Assembly (NCBI GenBank): GCA_035277145.1
Contig: DATELA010000057.1
Location: forward strand, 67 to 64,066
Length of the DNA: 64,000 bases
Reading direction: 5' to 3'
Source: Gemmatimonadaceae bacterium
Lineage (GTDB): Bacteria; Gemmatimonadota; Gemmatimonadetes; Gemmatimonadales; Gemmatimonadaceae
Every line of letters starts with the position of its first letter. Position 1 is the stretch's first letter. Below are positions 37,142 through 45,568 of this stretch, one piece after another. A program made the translations under genes and the position numbers. Under the pieces are notes generated by a model. That model worked only from the letters and a program-made list of their open reading frames with translations. It made no database searches and had not been told where the DNA came from.

Positions 37142-37203
37142 GTTGCGGATGCGAGAAGGGGGATGAGGCGACGCGGCCTCATCCCCCTTCTCGCACCCGC
37201 AAC
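37142..37203. terminator. composite 26-bp hairpin between convergent glnN and hybrid kinase
   Basis: The inner 19-bp perfect stem is GCGAGAAGGGGGATGAGGC / GCCTCATCCCCCTTCTCGC with a 6-nt loop. The outer 7-bp stem GTTGCGG/CCGCAAC is separated from it by a 2x2 internal loop. No U-tract. Confidence 0.6.
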
Positions 37204-37209
37204 CGTGAA

Positions 37210-40077
37210 CTAGCGTCGCTTCGTGTGTTTCGCGACCGTCTGCAACAACAGCTCTACGTCGAACGGCTTCAGCACGAACGCATCCATTCCCGCTTCGGCG
37301 TATTGCTCGACTTCGGTGGCAATCGCGCTCGCGGTCGCCGCGATGATCGGCACCCGAGAGCCACGCGACCGAATACGACGCGTCGCTTCGAGCCCGTCCA
37401 TTTCCGGCATCTGCACGTCCATGAGGATCGCGTCGAACTCCTCCGCCGCGGCGAGTTCGACCGCACGCGCGCCGTTCTCCGCAAGCGTGACTGCAACGCC
37501 CTGGTGTTTGAGCAACTCGGTCGTCACGAGCTGATTCACGGGATTGTCTTCGGCGACGAGCACGCGCAAACCGGTGAGATCGACCGCGGTTGATGCGGGA
37601 AGCTCAGCGGACTGGCGGAGCGCATCGGTTTCGAAAATGCGCAGCAGGGTGTCGAGCAGCGTGCTCGGGCTGAGCGGCTTCACCAGCACGGCGTCGAACG
37701 CCACGCCCGCGGCGGCCTTGGTGGCTTCGTCGCGACCAAACGCCGTCATCAAAACCATATGAATTCCTGATCCATCGCCGGCTGCGGTGATCTCGCGCGC
37801 GGCAGCGACGCCATCGAGCTCCGGCATGCGCCAGTCGAGCAGCACCACGTCGGGTTTGGTCTCGCGCGCCGCAGTGACCGCCTCGCGACCGTTGGATACC
37901 ACCGTGGTCTGCAATCCAAGCGAACGCAGCGCCTCTTCGAGATACTGGCGCGACGCGGCGCTGTCGTCCGCCACAACAACGCGCCGGCCGCGCAAATCGG
38001 GCGTAACGCGATTGCCCGCCGGTGTTGCGAGACTATCGAGCGCGAAAATCGCGTCGAAGGTGAACGTGCTGCCCTTTCCAGGAGCGCTCTCGACCCCGAT
38101 CGAGCCGCCCATCAGCTCGACCAGTCGCTTACTGATCGCCAAGCCGAGCCCGGTTCCGCCGTACCGTCGCGTCGTCGAGCGATCGCCTTGCTCGAACGAC
38201 TGGAACAACCGTCCGCGAATGTCGTCCGTCATCCCGATGCCGGTGTCCTTCACCGAGAACACGAATCGCACCCGTCCGTCGAGCAGATTCTCCGAACGCA
38301 CGCGCAAGACGATTTCGCCGGCCGGCGTGAACTTCACCGCGTTGTTCGCAAGGTTGATCAACACCTGGCCAAGGCGCATTTCGTCGCCGATCAGGCGATG
38401 CGGCACATCGGGCGGCACGTCGAACAGCAACTCGAGATGCTTTTCCTGCGCCTTCGTCGACAGGATCGCCGCCAGCCGATCGAGCACATTCGTCAGATCG
38501 AACGGTGCGTGATCGAGATCGAACTTGCCCGCTTCGATCTTCGAGTAATCGAGAATGTCGTTGACGAGTCCGAGCAGCGCGTCGGCCGCGTGACTGACTT
38601 TGTCGATGTAGTCGCGTTGTTTATCGTCGAGCTTCGTCAGCAGCGCCAGGTGCGTGAGCCCGGTGATCGCGTTGAGCGGCGTCCGAATCTCGTGCGACAT
38701 GGACGCGAGGAAGTCGCTCTTGAAACGATTCGCGCGTTCGAGCGCTTCTTGCTGCGATCGCAGCTCGGCGGCCTGTCGCTGCGTCTCCTCGAGCAGTGCG
38801 CGCGCGGCCAGTCGTCGCTCGAGAATCTCGACGTTCAACGCGAGGCGCGGCAGCAACGCGTCAAGCAGTCGCTCGTGCGCGTCGGTGATGTCGCCAAACG
38901 TCCCGATCTCGACCACCGCGACGCACGTCGACGTGCCCGCCGCGACGGCGGGCGACACCACCACCGTTCCCGGACGGCCCGCGAGAAGTCCGCTCGCCAC
39001 CGGAAGCTCCGTCGTTGGGACGTCGCGCACGATGACACGTTGCCGTTGATCTGCGACCTCGCCAATGAGTCCCGCACCCGGCGGGTACGCGCGCGGCGCG
39101 CGCGTGCCTTCATCGAATCCCCAGCCGCCGCCGCGTACGAACGCGCCGCGATCCGCGTTCCAGATGTAGAGCACGCCGACGGCGCCGCCGACGAGCGGCA
39201 CGAGCTCACTCAACAAGCCGCGCGCAAGGTCGGCACGCGTTTGCGCGTGTTGCAGTGAATCGGTGACGCGCGCAACGGCCGCGTCGACCCACCGCCGATT
39301 TTCGAGGCGCGCGAGTGCATCGCGAAACTCGCGTACCGTGCGCGCGACTTGGCCGACCTCGTCTGGTCGTCGCGTATGGGGCACATGCACGTCATGGTCG
39401 CCTGCGGTCACTTGAGCCGCCGCGCGCGTGATGCGCTCGAGCGGGCGCGCGAGATCCGTCACCACGTTGTACGCGGCGAGCGCGATCAACAGCAGCGTGA
39501 GCGCGAGCGCGGCAATCGCGGACGTGAGCGCTTTATTGTACTGGGCGATTCCTTGCCGGTATGTGGCTTCTGCGGCAACCGTCGTGAGCGTCGTGAGCAC
39601 GGTCAGCCGCTCGACAACGGGGTCGATCGCTGGATACAGAGATTCTCGCACAAATCGCGAGAGCGCAGGCCGGTCTCCCCGCGCGAGGATGTCTTCGAGC
39701 AGCGCCGCTTCGCGCATCGAGCGATCAAACAGCGGCGTGAGTTCATCGACGGCCCGCAACTGCTCAGGCGTCAGGCGCGTGAGCGTGAACCGCCGCCATT
39801 GATCGCGCGCGACCGATCGCGCAGTGCTCACCGTCGTCCGCGCAGCCGCTTCGCTCACCGCGCGGTCGTCCGCCTTGTGCGCAACGTCGACAATGCGGAC
39901 GCTCAGCGCATCCGACGTCGTTTTGAGGTAGTTGAGCGCGTTGACGCGGTCCGCCGAAAGCGACATGAGTGCATCGCGCGTCTGGTGCAGATACCATCGC
40001 CCAACAGCGGCCATCGTCACGCTGATGAACGTGAACGCGATCAAATACGCGAAGATGCGGCCCTTGACGGTGGTCAT
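37210..40077 (-). CDS. hybrid sensor histidine kinase (TM-HAMP-GAF-HisKA-HATPase-REC-REC)
   Basis: 955 aa. Two TM segments, a HAMP-like linker, a GAF-like region, H-box SHEIRTPLNAI, and GTGLGLAISKRLVELMGG. Two receiver domains (VVVADD...LLDWRMPELDG and VLVAEDN...LMDVQMPEMDG). Confidence 0.9.
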   Translation of the reverse strand: MTTVKGRIFAYLIAFTFISVTMAAVGRWYLHQTRDALMSLSADRVNALNYLKTTSDALSVRIVDVAHKADDRAVSEAAARTTVSTARSVARDQWRRFTLTRLTPEQLRAVDELTPLFDRSMREAALLEDILARGDRPALSRFVRESLYPAIDPVVERLTVLTTLTTVAAEATYRQGIAQYNKALTSAIAALALTLLLIALAAYNVVTDLARPLERITRAAAQVTAGDHDVHVPHTRRPDEVGQVARTVREFRDALARLENRRWVDAAVARVTDSLQHAQTRADLARGLLSELVPLVGGAVGVLYIWNADRGAFVRGGGWGFDEGTRAPRAYPPGAGLIGEVADQRQRVIVRDVPTTELPVASGLLAGRPGTVVVSPAVAAGTSTCVAVVEIGTFGDITDAHERLLDALLPRLALNVEILERRLAARALLEETQRQAAELRSQQEALERANRFKSDFLASMSHEIRTPLNAITGLTHLALLTKLDDKQRDYIDKVSHAADALLGLVNDILDYSKIEAGKFDLDHAPFDLTNVLDRLAAILSTKAQEKHLELLFDVPPDVPHRLIGDEMRLGQVLINLANNAVKFTPAGEIVLRVRSENLLDGRVRFVFSVKDTGIGMTDDIRGRLFQSFEQGDRSTTRRYGGTGLGLAISKRLVELMGGSIGVESAPGKGSTFTFDAIFALDSLATPAGNRVTPDLRGRRVVVADDSAASRQYLEEALRSLGLQTTVVSNGREAVTAARETKPDVVLLDWRMPELDGVAAAREITAAGDGSGIHMVLMTAFGRDEATKAAAGVAFDAVLVKPLSPSTLLDTLLRIFETDALRQSAELPASTAVDLTGLRVLVAEDNPVNQLVTTELLKHQGVAVTLAENGARAVELAAAEEFDAILMDVQMPEMDGLEATRRIRSRGSRVPIIAATASAIATEVEQYAEAGMDAFVLKPFDVELLLQTVAKHTKRR

Positions 40078-40102
40078 CGTGCGCGCTCCGTCGCCCCCGA
40101 GA

Positions 40103-41467
40103 TCAGTACGTGCCCAGGTACCGCGCCAGCTCCCACGAACTCACTTGCGTCCCATATTCGCGCCACTCTTGCCGCTTCGCCGCAAGGTAGTGGCGCGTCA
40201 CATGATCGCCGAGTGCTGCCCGGAGCACGTCATCGCGCTCCAGCGCATCGCAGGCTTCGTGTAAGTCGCCGGGTAAATCGTCGATGCGAAGTCGCCGCCG
40301 CTCTCGAAATGACAGATCGGCGATGTTGTCGTCGACCGGTTCGCGCGGCTCGAGACGCTGTTCAATGCCGTCGAGTCCCGCGGCAAGCATGCATGCAAGC
40401 GCCAGGTATGGATTCGCCGACGGATCCGGACTTCGCAGCTCTACGCGTGCACCCGGTCCGCGCCGGGCCGGCACACGCACGAGTGGCGAACGATTCTTGA
40501 GCGACCACGACACGTGCATCGGTGCTTCAAAGCCAGGCACCATTCGCTTGTACGAATTCACCAGCGGGTTCGTGATCGCGCACAACGCGCGCGCGTGCGC
40601 GAGCAAGCCGGCGATGTACTGATGCGCGGCCGTCGACAATCCAAAGTCACCTTTTGGATCAGCGAACGCATTATTCCCCGACCGCTCGAGCGATTGATGT
40701 GTGTGCATACCGCTGCCGGCGTGCGCAAACAGCGGCTTCGGCATGAACGACGCGTGCAATCCGAATCGTCGCGCGACGTGCCGCACAACAAAGCGAAGCG
40801 TCGTCACATCGTCCGCGGTGCGCAGCGCATCCGATGACCGCAGGTCGATCTCGTGCTGGCCCGGCGCGATCTCGTGATGCGACGCTTCCACAGCGAATCC
40901 CATCTGTTCCAGCGCATCGACGATTGCGCGTCGCGCATCTTCACCAAGATCCACCGGAGTCAGATCGAAATACGACCCGACATCATGCGTGTCCGTCGAT
41001 GGACCGCCGTCTTCTCGCTGCTTGAATAGAAAAAACTCGACCTCCACGCCGGTTCGCATCGTAAACCCACGTTCGCTCGCGCGCGCCAACTGCCGGCGGA
41101 GCACACCACGCGGATCTCCCGAAAACGGCGTGCCGTCGGGCAGCACGATATCGCAAATGAGGCGCCCAACGCCCTGTTGCGACGCCTCCCATGGAAAAAC
41201 CCGGAACGTCGTCAGGTCGGGCCGCAGCAACATGTCGGACTCGACCGTGCGTACGAATCCTTCGATCGAACTGCCATCGAAAAGCACGTCGCCCGCGAGC
41301 GCTTTCTCCAGGCGCGACACGGGAATCTCGACGTTCTTGTTGACGCCAAGAATGTCGGAAAACTGCAGGCGCAAAAAACGGACGTTATGCGCGTCCGCGA
41401 ATGCAACGAGATCCTGTGCGGTCGCGCCCGTGAAATCGGGGACGAGCGCGCGCGTCGGTCGGCTCAC
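40103..41467 (-). CDS. glnA: glutamine synthetase type I
   Basis: 454 aa. VRFLRLQFSDILG, EVEFFLF, HHEIAPGQHEID, GSGMHTHQS and NSYKRMVPGFEAP motifs. GTG start. 25 nt upstream of the hybrid kinase. Confidence 0.9.
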   Translation of the reverse strand: MSRPTRALVPDFTGATAQDLVAFADAHNVRFLRLQFSDILGVNKNVEIPVSRLEKALAGDVLFDGSSIEGFVRTVESDMLLRPDLTTFRVFPWEASQQGVGRLICDIVLPDGTPFSGDPRGVLRRQLARASERGFTMRTGVEVEFFLFKQREDGGPSTDTHDVGSYFDLTPVDLGEDARRAIVDALEQMGFAVEASHHEIAPGQHEIDLRSSDALRTADDVTTLRFVVRHVARRFGLHASFMPKPLFAHAGSGMHTHQSLERSGNNAFADPKGDFGLSTAAHQYIAGLLAHARALCAITNPLVNSYKRMVPGFEAPMHVSWSLKNRSPLVRVPARRGPGARVELRSPDPSANPYLALACMLAAGLDGIEQRLEPREPVDDNIADLSFRERRRLRIDDLPGDLHEACDALERDDVLRAALGDHVTRHYLAAKRQEWREYGTQVSSWELARYLGTY

Positions 41468-41483
41468 GCCTTAACTTTACCAC

Positions 41484-42179
41484 ATGGATCCCGGCCCGAC
41501 GACGACAGACGCCCGCCCAATGTTCTGCACGTCATGCGGCGTGAGGCTGTCTCCAGGCGCCAAATTCTGCTACCGGTGCGGGACCCGCGCCGGCGAAGCA
41601 CCGATACCGTCACGCCGCGCCCCATCGAAATCGCCTATGCCGTGGGCCATCGCGGCGCTCGTGCTCATCGCAATCGTGTCGCTGTTCGCGGGCCAATACT
41701 TCGGGCGGAAGTCCGCGGCAGCGGCAACGCCGATTTCGCCCGCCGCGCCGGACATTTCCGCGATGTCACCGGACGAGCGCGCCGATCGGTTGTGGAAACG
41801 CGTTATGGATTACGTCGGTGCCGGAAAACACGACAGTGCTCAGATCTTTGCGCCCATGGCAATCGGCGCCCTCGAAGCTGTGTCGCCGCAAACGGCACAC
41901 ACTCGCTATGACCTCGGTCTCCTTCGCCTGGTGACAGGCAACGGACGCGGTGCCGCCGCCGAAGCAGACACGATTCTTCGTACCGAACCAGCGCACCTGC
42001 TCGGTCTCATCCTGGCGGCGAGTGCGGCCGACGCCCGAGCCGATTCGACGGGGCGGAATCGCTATCTGAACCAGCTCGCCGCCGCCGCAGATCGCGAACG
42101 CGCGCGTGCGTTGCCCGAGTACGTGATACACGCCGAGGAAATCGAATCGGCGATTGCGCGCGCGAGGCGCGTTCGATGA
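41484..42179 (+). CDS. zinc-ribbon membrane protein with TPR-like outer domain
   Basis: CTSCGVRLSPGAKFCYRCG zinc ribbon, one TM segment (WAIAALVLIAIVSLFAG) and an alanine-rich helical C-terminus. The start may be ATG 41520. The stop overlaps the next start (ATGA). Confidence 0.55.
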   Translation: MDPGPTTTDARPMFCTSCGVRLSPGAKFCYRCGTRAGEAPIPSRRAPSKSPMPWAIAALVLIAIVSLFAGQYFGRKSAAAATPISPAAPDISAMSPDERADRLWKRVMDYVGAGKHDSAQIFAPMAIGALEAVSPQTAHTRYDLGLLRLVTGNGRGAAAEADTILRTEPAHLLGLILAASAADARADSTGRNRYLNQLAAAADRERARALPEYVIHAEEIESAIARARRVR

Positions 42180-43018
42180 ACGCGACACGGGTGATTCGCG
42201 TCGCGCACAGCCCCGACGCCGACGACGCGTTCATGTTTTACGCGCTCGCCACGGGCCAGGTAGATACTGAAGGCCTATCGTACGAGCACGAGCTGCAGGA
42301 CATCGAAACGCTCAATCGCCGCGCGCTGAAGGGTGAGCTCGAGGTCACCGCCGTTTCGATCCACGCGTACGCGCACCTGACGGATCGGTACGCGCTGCTC
42401 CCACACGGCGCATCGATGGGCGACCGTTACGGTCCCCGCGTCGTGGCGCGCTCGCGCATGCGCGCCGATGAACTCGGCGGCAAACGCGTCGCTGTGCCGG
42501 GTTTGCTGACGACGGCGTACCTCGCGCTGCAGCTCCGCTCGCCGAAAGCAATTCCCGTCGTGATTCCCTTCGACCGGGTCGAGGCGGCCGTGCTCGCGGG
42601 CGACGTCGACGCAGGCGTGATCATTCACGAGGGCCAGCTGACCTACGCCGACGCCGGCCTGCACCTCGTTGTCGATCTCGGCGAGTGGTGGTTCGAGGCG
42701 ACCGGACTCCCGCTGCCGCTCGGCGGCAATGTCGTGCGCAAGGATCTCGGCGCTGACCTCATCGCCAAGATCTCGCGGCATTTGCGCGAGAGCATCGCGT
42801 TTGGACTCAAGCACCGCGCGGCGGCGCTCGACCACGCGCTGCAATACGCGCGCGGGCTCGAGCGCCGCCGCGCGGACACGTTCGTCGGGATGTACGTGAA
42901 CGAGTGGACGCTCGACTATGGCGCGCGCGGACGCGAAGCCATTCGCGAATTGCTCGCGCGCGGAACGTCCGCAGGTCTGATTCCCCGCGCCGTGAACGTC
43001 GAGTTCGTCGGCGAGTGA
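42176..43018 (+). CDS. MqnA/MqnD-family protein (futalosine-pathway menaquinone biosynthesis, MqnD-like)
   Basis: N-terminal VAHSPDADDAFMFYAL and DIETLNRRA blocks resemble the 1,4-dihydroxy-6-naphthoate synthase family (COG2107). Confidence 0.65.
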   Translation: MNATRVIRVAHSPDADDAFMFYALATGQVDTEGLSYEHELQDIETLNRRALKGELEVTAVSIHAYAHLTDRYALLPHGASMGDRYGPRVVARSRMRADELGGKRVAVPGLLTTAYLALQLRSPKAIPVVIPFDRVEAAVLAGDVDAGVIIHEGQLTYADAGLHLVVDLGEWWFEATGLPLPLGGNVVRKDLGADLIAKISRHLRESIAFGLKHRAAALDHALQYARGLERRRADTFVGMYVNEWTLDYGARGREAIRELLARGTSAGLIPRAVNVEFVGE

Positions 43019-44073
43019 ACCGCGCCACTCCGTCCGGCGTGCCTGGCGCGGACCCGGTTGATCGTCGCGTCATTGTCGTCGATGACGAACAGTCGATCCG
43101 CGAAGCCATCGGCCGCTTCCTGCGCGCGCGTGGCTTTGACGTCGTCATCGTCGATAGCGGCGCTGCGGCGCTCGAACAACTCCGCGCGTCGAAGTTCGCC
43201 GCGATGCTGTGCGACGTGCGCATGCCCGGAATGACGGGACTCGAAATGCTGCCGGGCGCGCTGAAGCTCGAGCCGGATCTCGCGGTGCTCATGCTGACAG
43301 GACTGAACGACGCGTCGACGGCGACCGAAGCACTCGCGCAGGGCGCGATGGATTACCTGCTCAAACCCATCGAGCTCGATCGCCTCGAACTCGCGATCGC
43401 TCAGGCGCTGCAGCGGCGGAGCGATCGAATCGACGCGCGCGACGTCGCACAGTTGGTGCGCGAAGAGGTCGATCTGCGCACCGCGGAGCTCGAGCGGGAG
43501 AAACTTGCACTGCGCGGGTTGACCGTCTCCGTACTGGAGAGCGTCGTGACGCATTTTGAAGCGCGCGACGCACGCCGCGCTGGCCACTCGCAACGCGTCG
43601 CCGCGCTCGCGCGCGACGTGGCGCGCGCGATGCGGCTCGACGACGAAAACACCGGCCACATCCATCTCGCCGCGCGACTGCATGACGTCGGCATGATCGC
43701 CTTGCCCGACGCACTGCTGCGCCCAGGCGGGGAGCTGTCCGCAAGCGAGCGGACGGAATTGGAAAAGCATGTCGCCATCGGCGTGCAGATCCTCACGCCG
43801 ATCAGGCACGCCGCCGCAGCGATCCCGTTCGTGCGCGACCATCACGAGCGCTGGGACGGAAAAGGCTACCCCGCACAGCTGCGCGGCGACCAGATCTCGC
43901 TCGGCGGGCGCATTATTGCTGCGGCAGATGCCTTCGTCGGCGCCACCTCCGCGCCATATTCCACCGCCGCCGATACGGGAGCGGTTCTGAAGCGCCTCGA
44001 GGCGGACTCGGGCGCGCACTTCGATCCCGAAGTGTTTCGCGCACTCGCCCAAGTGGTGCGGTCGGCGCCCTGA
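43015..44073 (+). CDS. response regulator with HD-GYP phosphodiesterase domain
   Basis: The GTG at 43015 overlaps the upstream stop (GTGA). REC domain (VIVVDDEQS...MLCDVRMPGMTG). HD-GYP motifs HSQRV, HDVGMIALPD and HHERWDGKGYP. Confidence 0.85.
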   Translation: MNRATPSGVPGADPVDRRVIVVDDEQSIREAIGRFLRARGFDVVIVDSGAAALEQLRASKFAAMLCDVRMPGMTGLEMLPGALKLEPDLAVLMLTGLNDASTATEALAQGAMDYLLKPIELDRLELAIAQALQRRSDRIDARDVAQLVREEVDLRTAELEREKLALRGLTVSVLESVVTHFEARDARRAGHSQRVAALARDVARAMRLDDENTGHIHLAARLHDVGMIALPDALLRPGGELSASERTELEKHVAIGVQILTPIRHAAAAIPFVRDHHERWDGKGYPAQLRGDQISLGGRIIAAADAFVGATSAPYSTAADTGAVLKRLEADSGAHFDPEVFRALAQVVRSAP

Positions 44074-44125
44074 AAGGGGCAGGCGAGGTCGCCCGGTTTT
44101 CCAACGTTCTCCCCTCTGTATTCGT

Positions 44126-45568
44126 TTGGTGATGACCATGTGCAGCGGTTTTAAGGCAGCGGCCGTGGCTCTGGCGCTCGCTGCCTCGGGCGTCACAGGT
44201 CACGCCCAAACTTCCGATACGCTTTCGCTCGATCTCGCCGGCGCCGTGGCGCGAGCGTTACGCGTCGCTGACGAAGCGCGCCTCGCCGCGTTCGGCATCG
44301 ACGCAGCGTCGGCGCAATTCACGACGGCGCGCGCCAGTTCGTTGCCACAAGTCACGCTCAACAGCTCGTATTCCCAGGTCGTGCGCAACGCGCGCGCGAC
44401 CATCGTCGGCAACGTCTTCGGCCAATCGTACAACTACGCCGCAACTCTGAACATCTCGCAGACGATCTTCCAAGGCGGGCGAGAGTTCTATGCGTGGGCG
44501 GGCGCATCGCGTGCACGGTCGGCGGTGCGGCTCGAAGCCGAAGAAGTGCGCGCGGCGCTCGAAGTGGATGTGCAGCGCGCGTACCTCGACGCGCTCTATG
44601 CCGCACGCGTTGCGGGCATTCAGCGCAATGGTCTGTCGTTGGCGAAGGATCGGCTCGCACAAATCGAACAACTGGCGTCGAGCGGCCGCGCAGCTCGGTA
44701 CGACGTGCTGCGCGCGCGCGTCGAGGCTGGGAATCTCGAGCCGGTTGTGTTGCAGTCGGAGAACTCGCGCACGCTCGCCGAGCTCGAACTGCGACGGATT
44801 CTGAACATTCCGGCCGCGCAGGCGATCCGGCTCACTACGGACCTCGATGCCCAGAGCGCACGCGCCGTTGTGACACTGGTCGGCGAGCAGGGTGCGCAAA
44901 CTCCAACGCGCCCGGCGCTGCGCGCGTCGCAACTCAACTATCTCGCGCGCAAAGCGGCGGTCGGCGTGGCGCGCGCCGATTTCCTGCCGACGATCAGCGT
45001 GTTCTTGCGAACCGGCTACCTCTCACTGCCATCGGAGCCTGGTTTCCCGTGGGGCGTGGGCCGCACGTCGACGACGCTGTGCCCTGTCGGCTCGCCGCCG
45101 GGCCGCGTTTGTCAGAACGATGGATGGTTCCGCGACGAGAGTTTCGGCGTGCAAGTCTCGTGGCCGTTGTTCGACGGACTGCGCGCGAAGGGCAACCTCG
45201 ATCTCGCAACCGCGCAGGCGCGCATCGCGGAGCTCCAGTGGCGCCAGCGCGAGGAGCAAGTCGGGCTCGAAGTGGCGCGCGCCCGCGCCGAATTCGACCG
45301 TGCGCGCGCGGCGTTCGACGCCCAGCGCACCAACGCGGGCGAAGCATCGGAAGCGTTTCAGCTGGCGACGCTCCGCTTTACCCGCGGACTCGGAACCCAG
45401 CTCGAGATCACCGACGCGCAGTATGCATACTTGACTGCGCAGTCGAACGAGGCGCGTTCCGTGTACGATCTCCACCTGGCGGCGGCGGAACTCGCGCGCG
45501 CGCTGGGGCGCCCAATTCCCATCCCCGCGGGCGCGACGGGCGTACGCACGACATCTTCCAACCAGTGA
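44126..45568 (+). CDS. TolC-family outer-membrane efflux protein
   Basis: Signal peptide ending in GHAQ and two repeats of the OEP coiled-coil/beta pattern. Start ambiguous (TTG 44126, ATG 44132 or 44138). Confidence 0.85.
   Translation: MVMTMCSGFKAAAVALALAASGVTGHAQTSDTLSLDLAGAVARALRVADEARLAAFGIDAASAQFTTARASSLPQVTLNSSYSQVVRNARATIVGNVFGQSYNYAATLNISQTIFQGGREFYAWAGASRARSAVRLEAEEVRAALEVDVQRAYLDALYAARVAGIQRNGLSLAKDRLAQIEQLASSGRAARYDVLRARVEAGNLEPVVLQSENSRTLAELELRRILNIPAAQAIRLTTDLDAQSARAVVTLVGEQGAQTPTRPALRASQLNYLARKAAVGVARADFLPTISVFLRTGYLSLPSEPGFPWGVGRTSTTLCPVGSPPGRVCQNDGWFRDESFGVQVSWPLFDGLRAKGNLDLATAQARIAELQWRQREEQVGLEVARARAEFDRARAAFDAQRTNAGEASEAFQLATLRFTRGLGTQLEITDAQYAYLTAQSNEARSVYDLHLAAAELARALGRPIPIPAGATGVRTTSSNQ

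Noticed and set aside
42916-44196. 426-aa minus-strand ORF antisense to the REC-HD-GYP gene
   Set aside because: The plus frame contains complete REC and HD-GYP motifs and the minus frame has none. This is a shadow ORF.
44494-45564. N-terminal 357 codons of the listed 759-aa ORF leading into the RND adaptor gene
   Set aside because: This part overlaps tolC out of frame and is Arg-rich. The adaptor's lipoprotein signal begins at the GTG at 45565, which overlaps the tolC stop.
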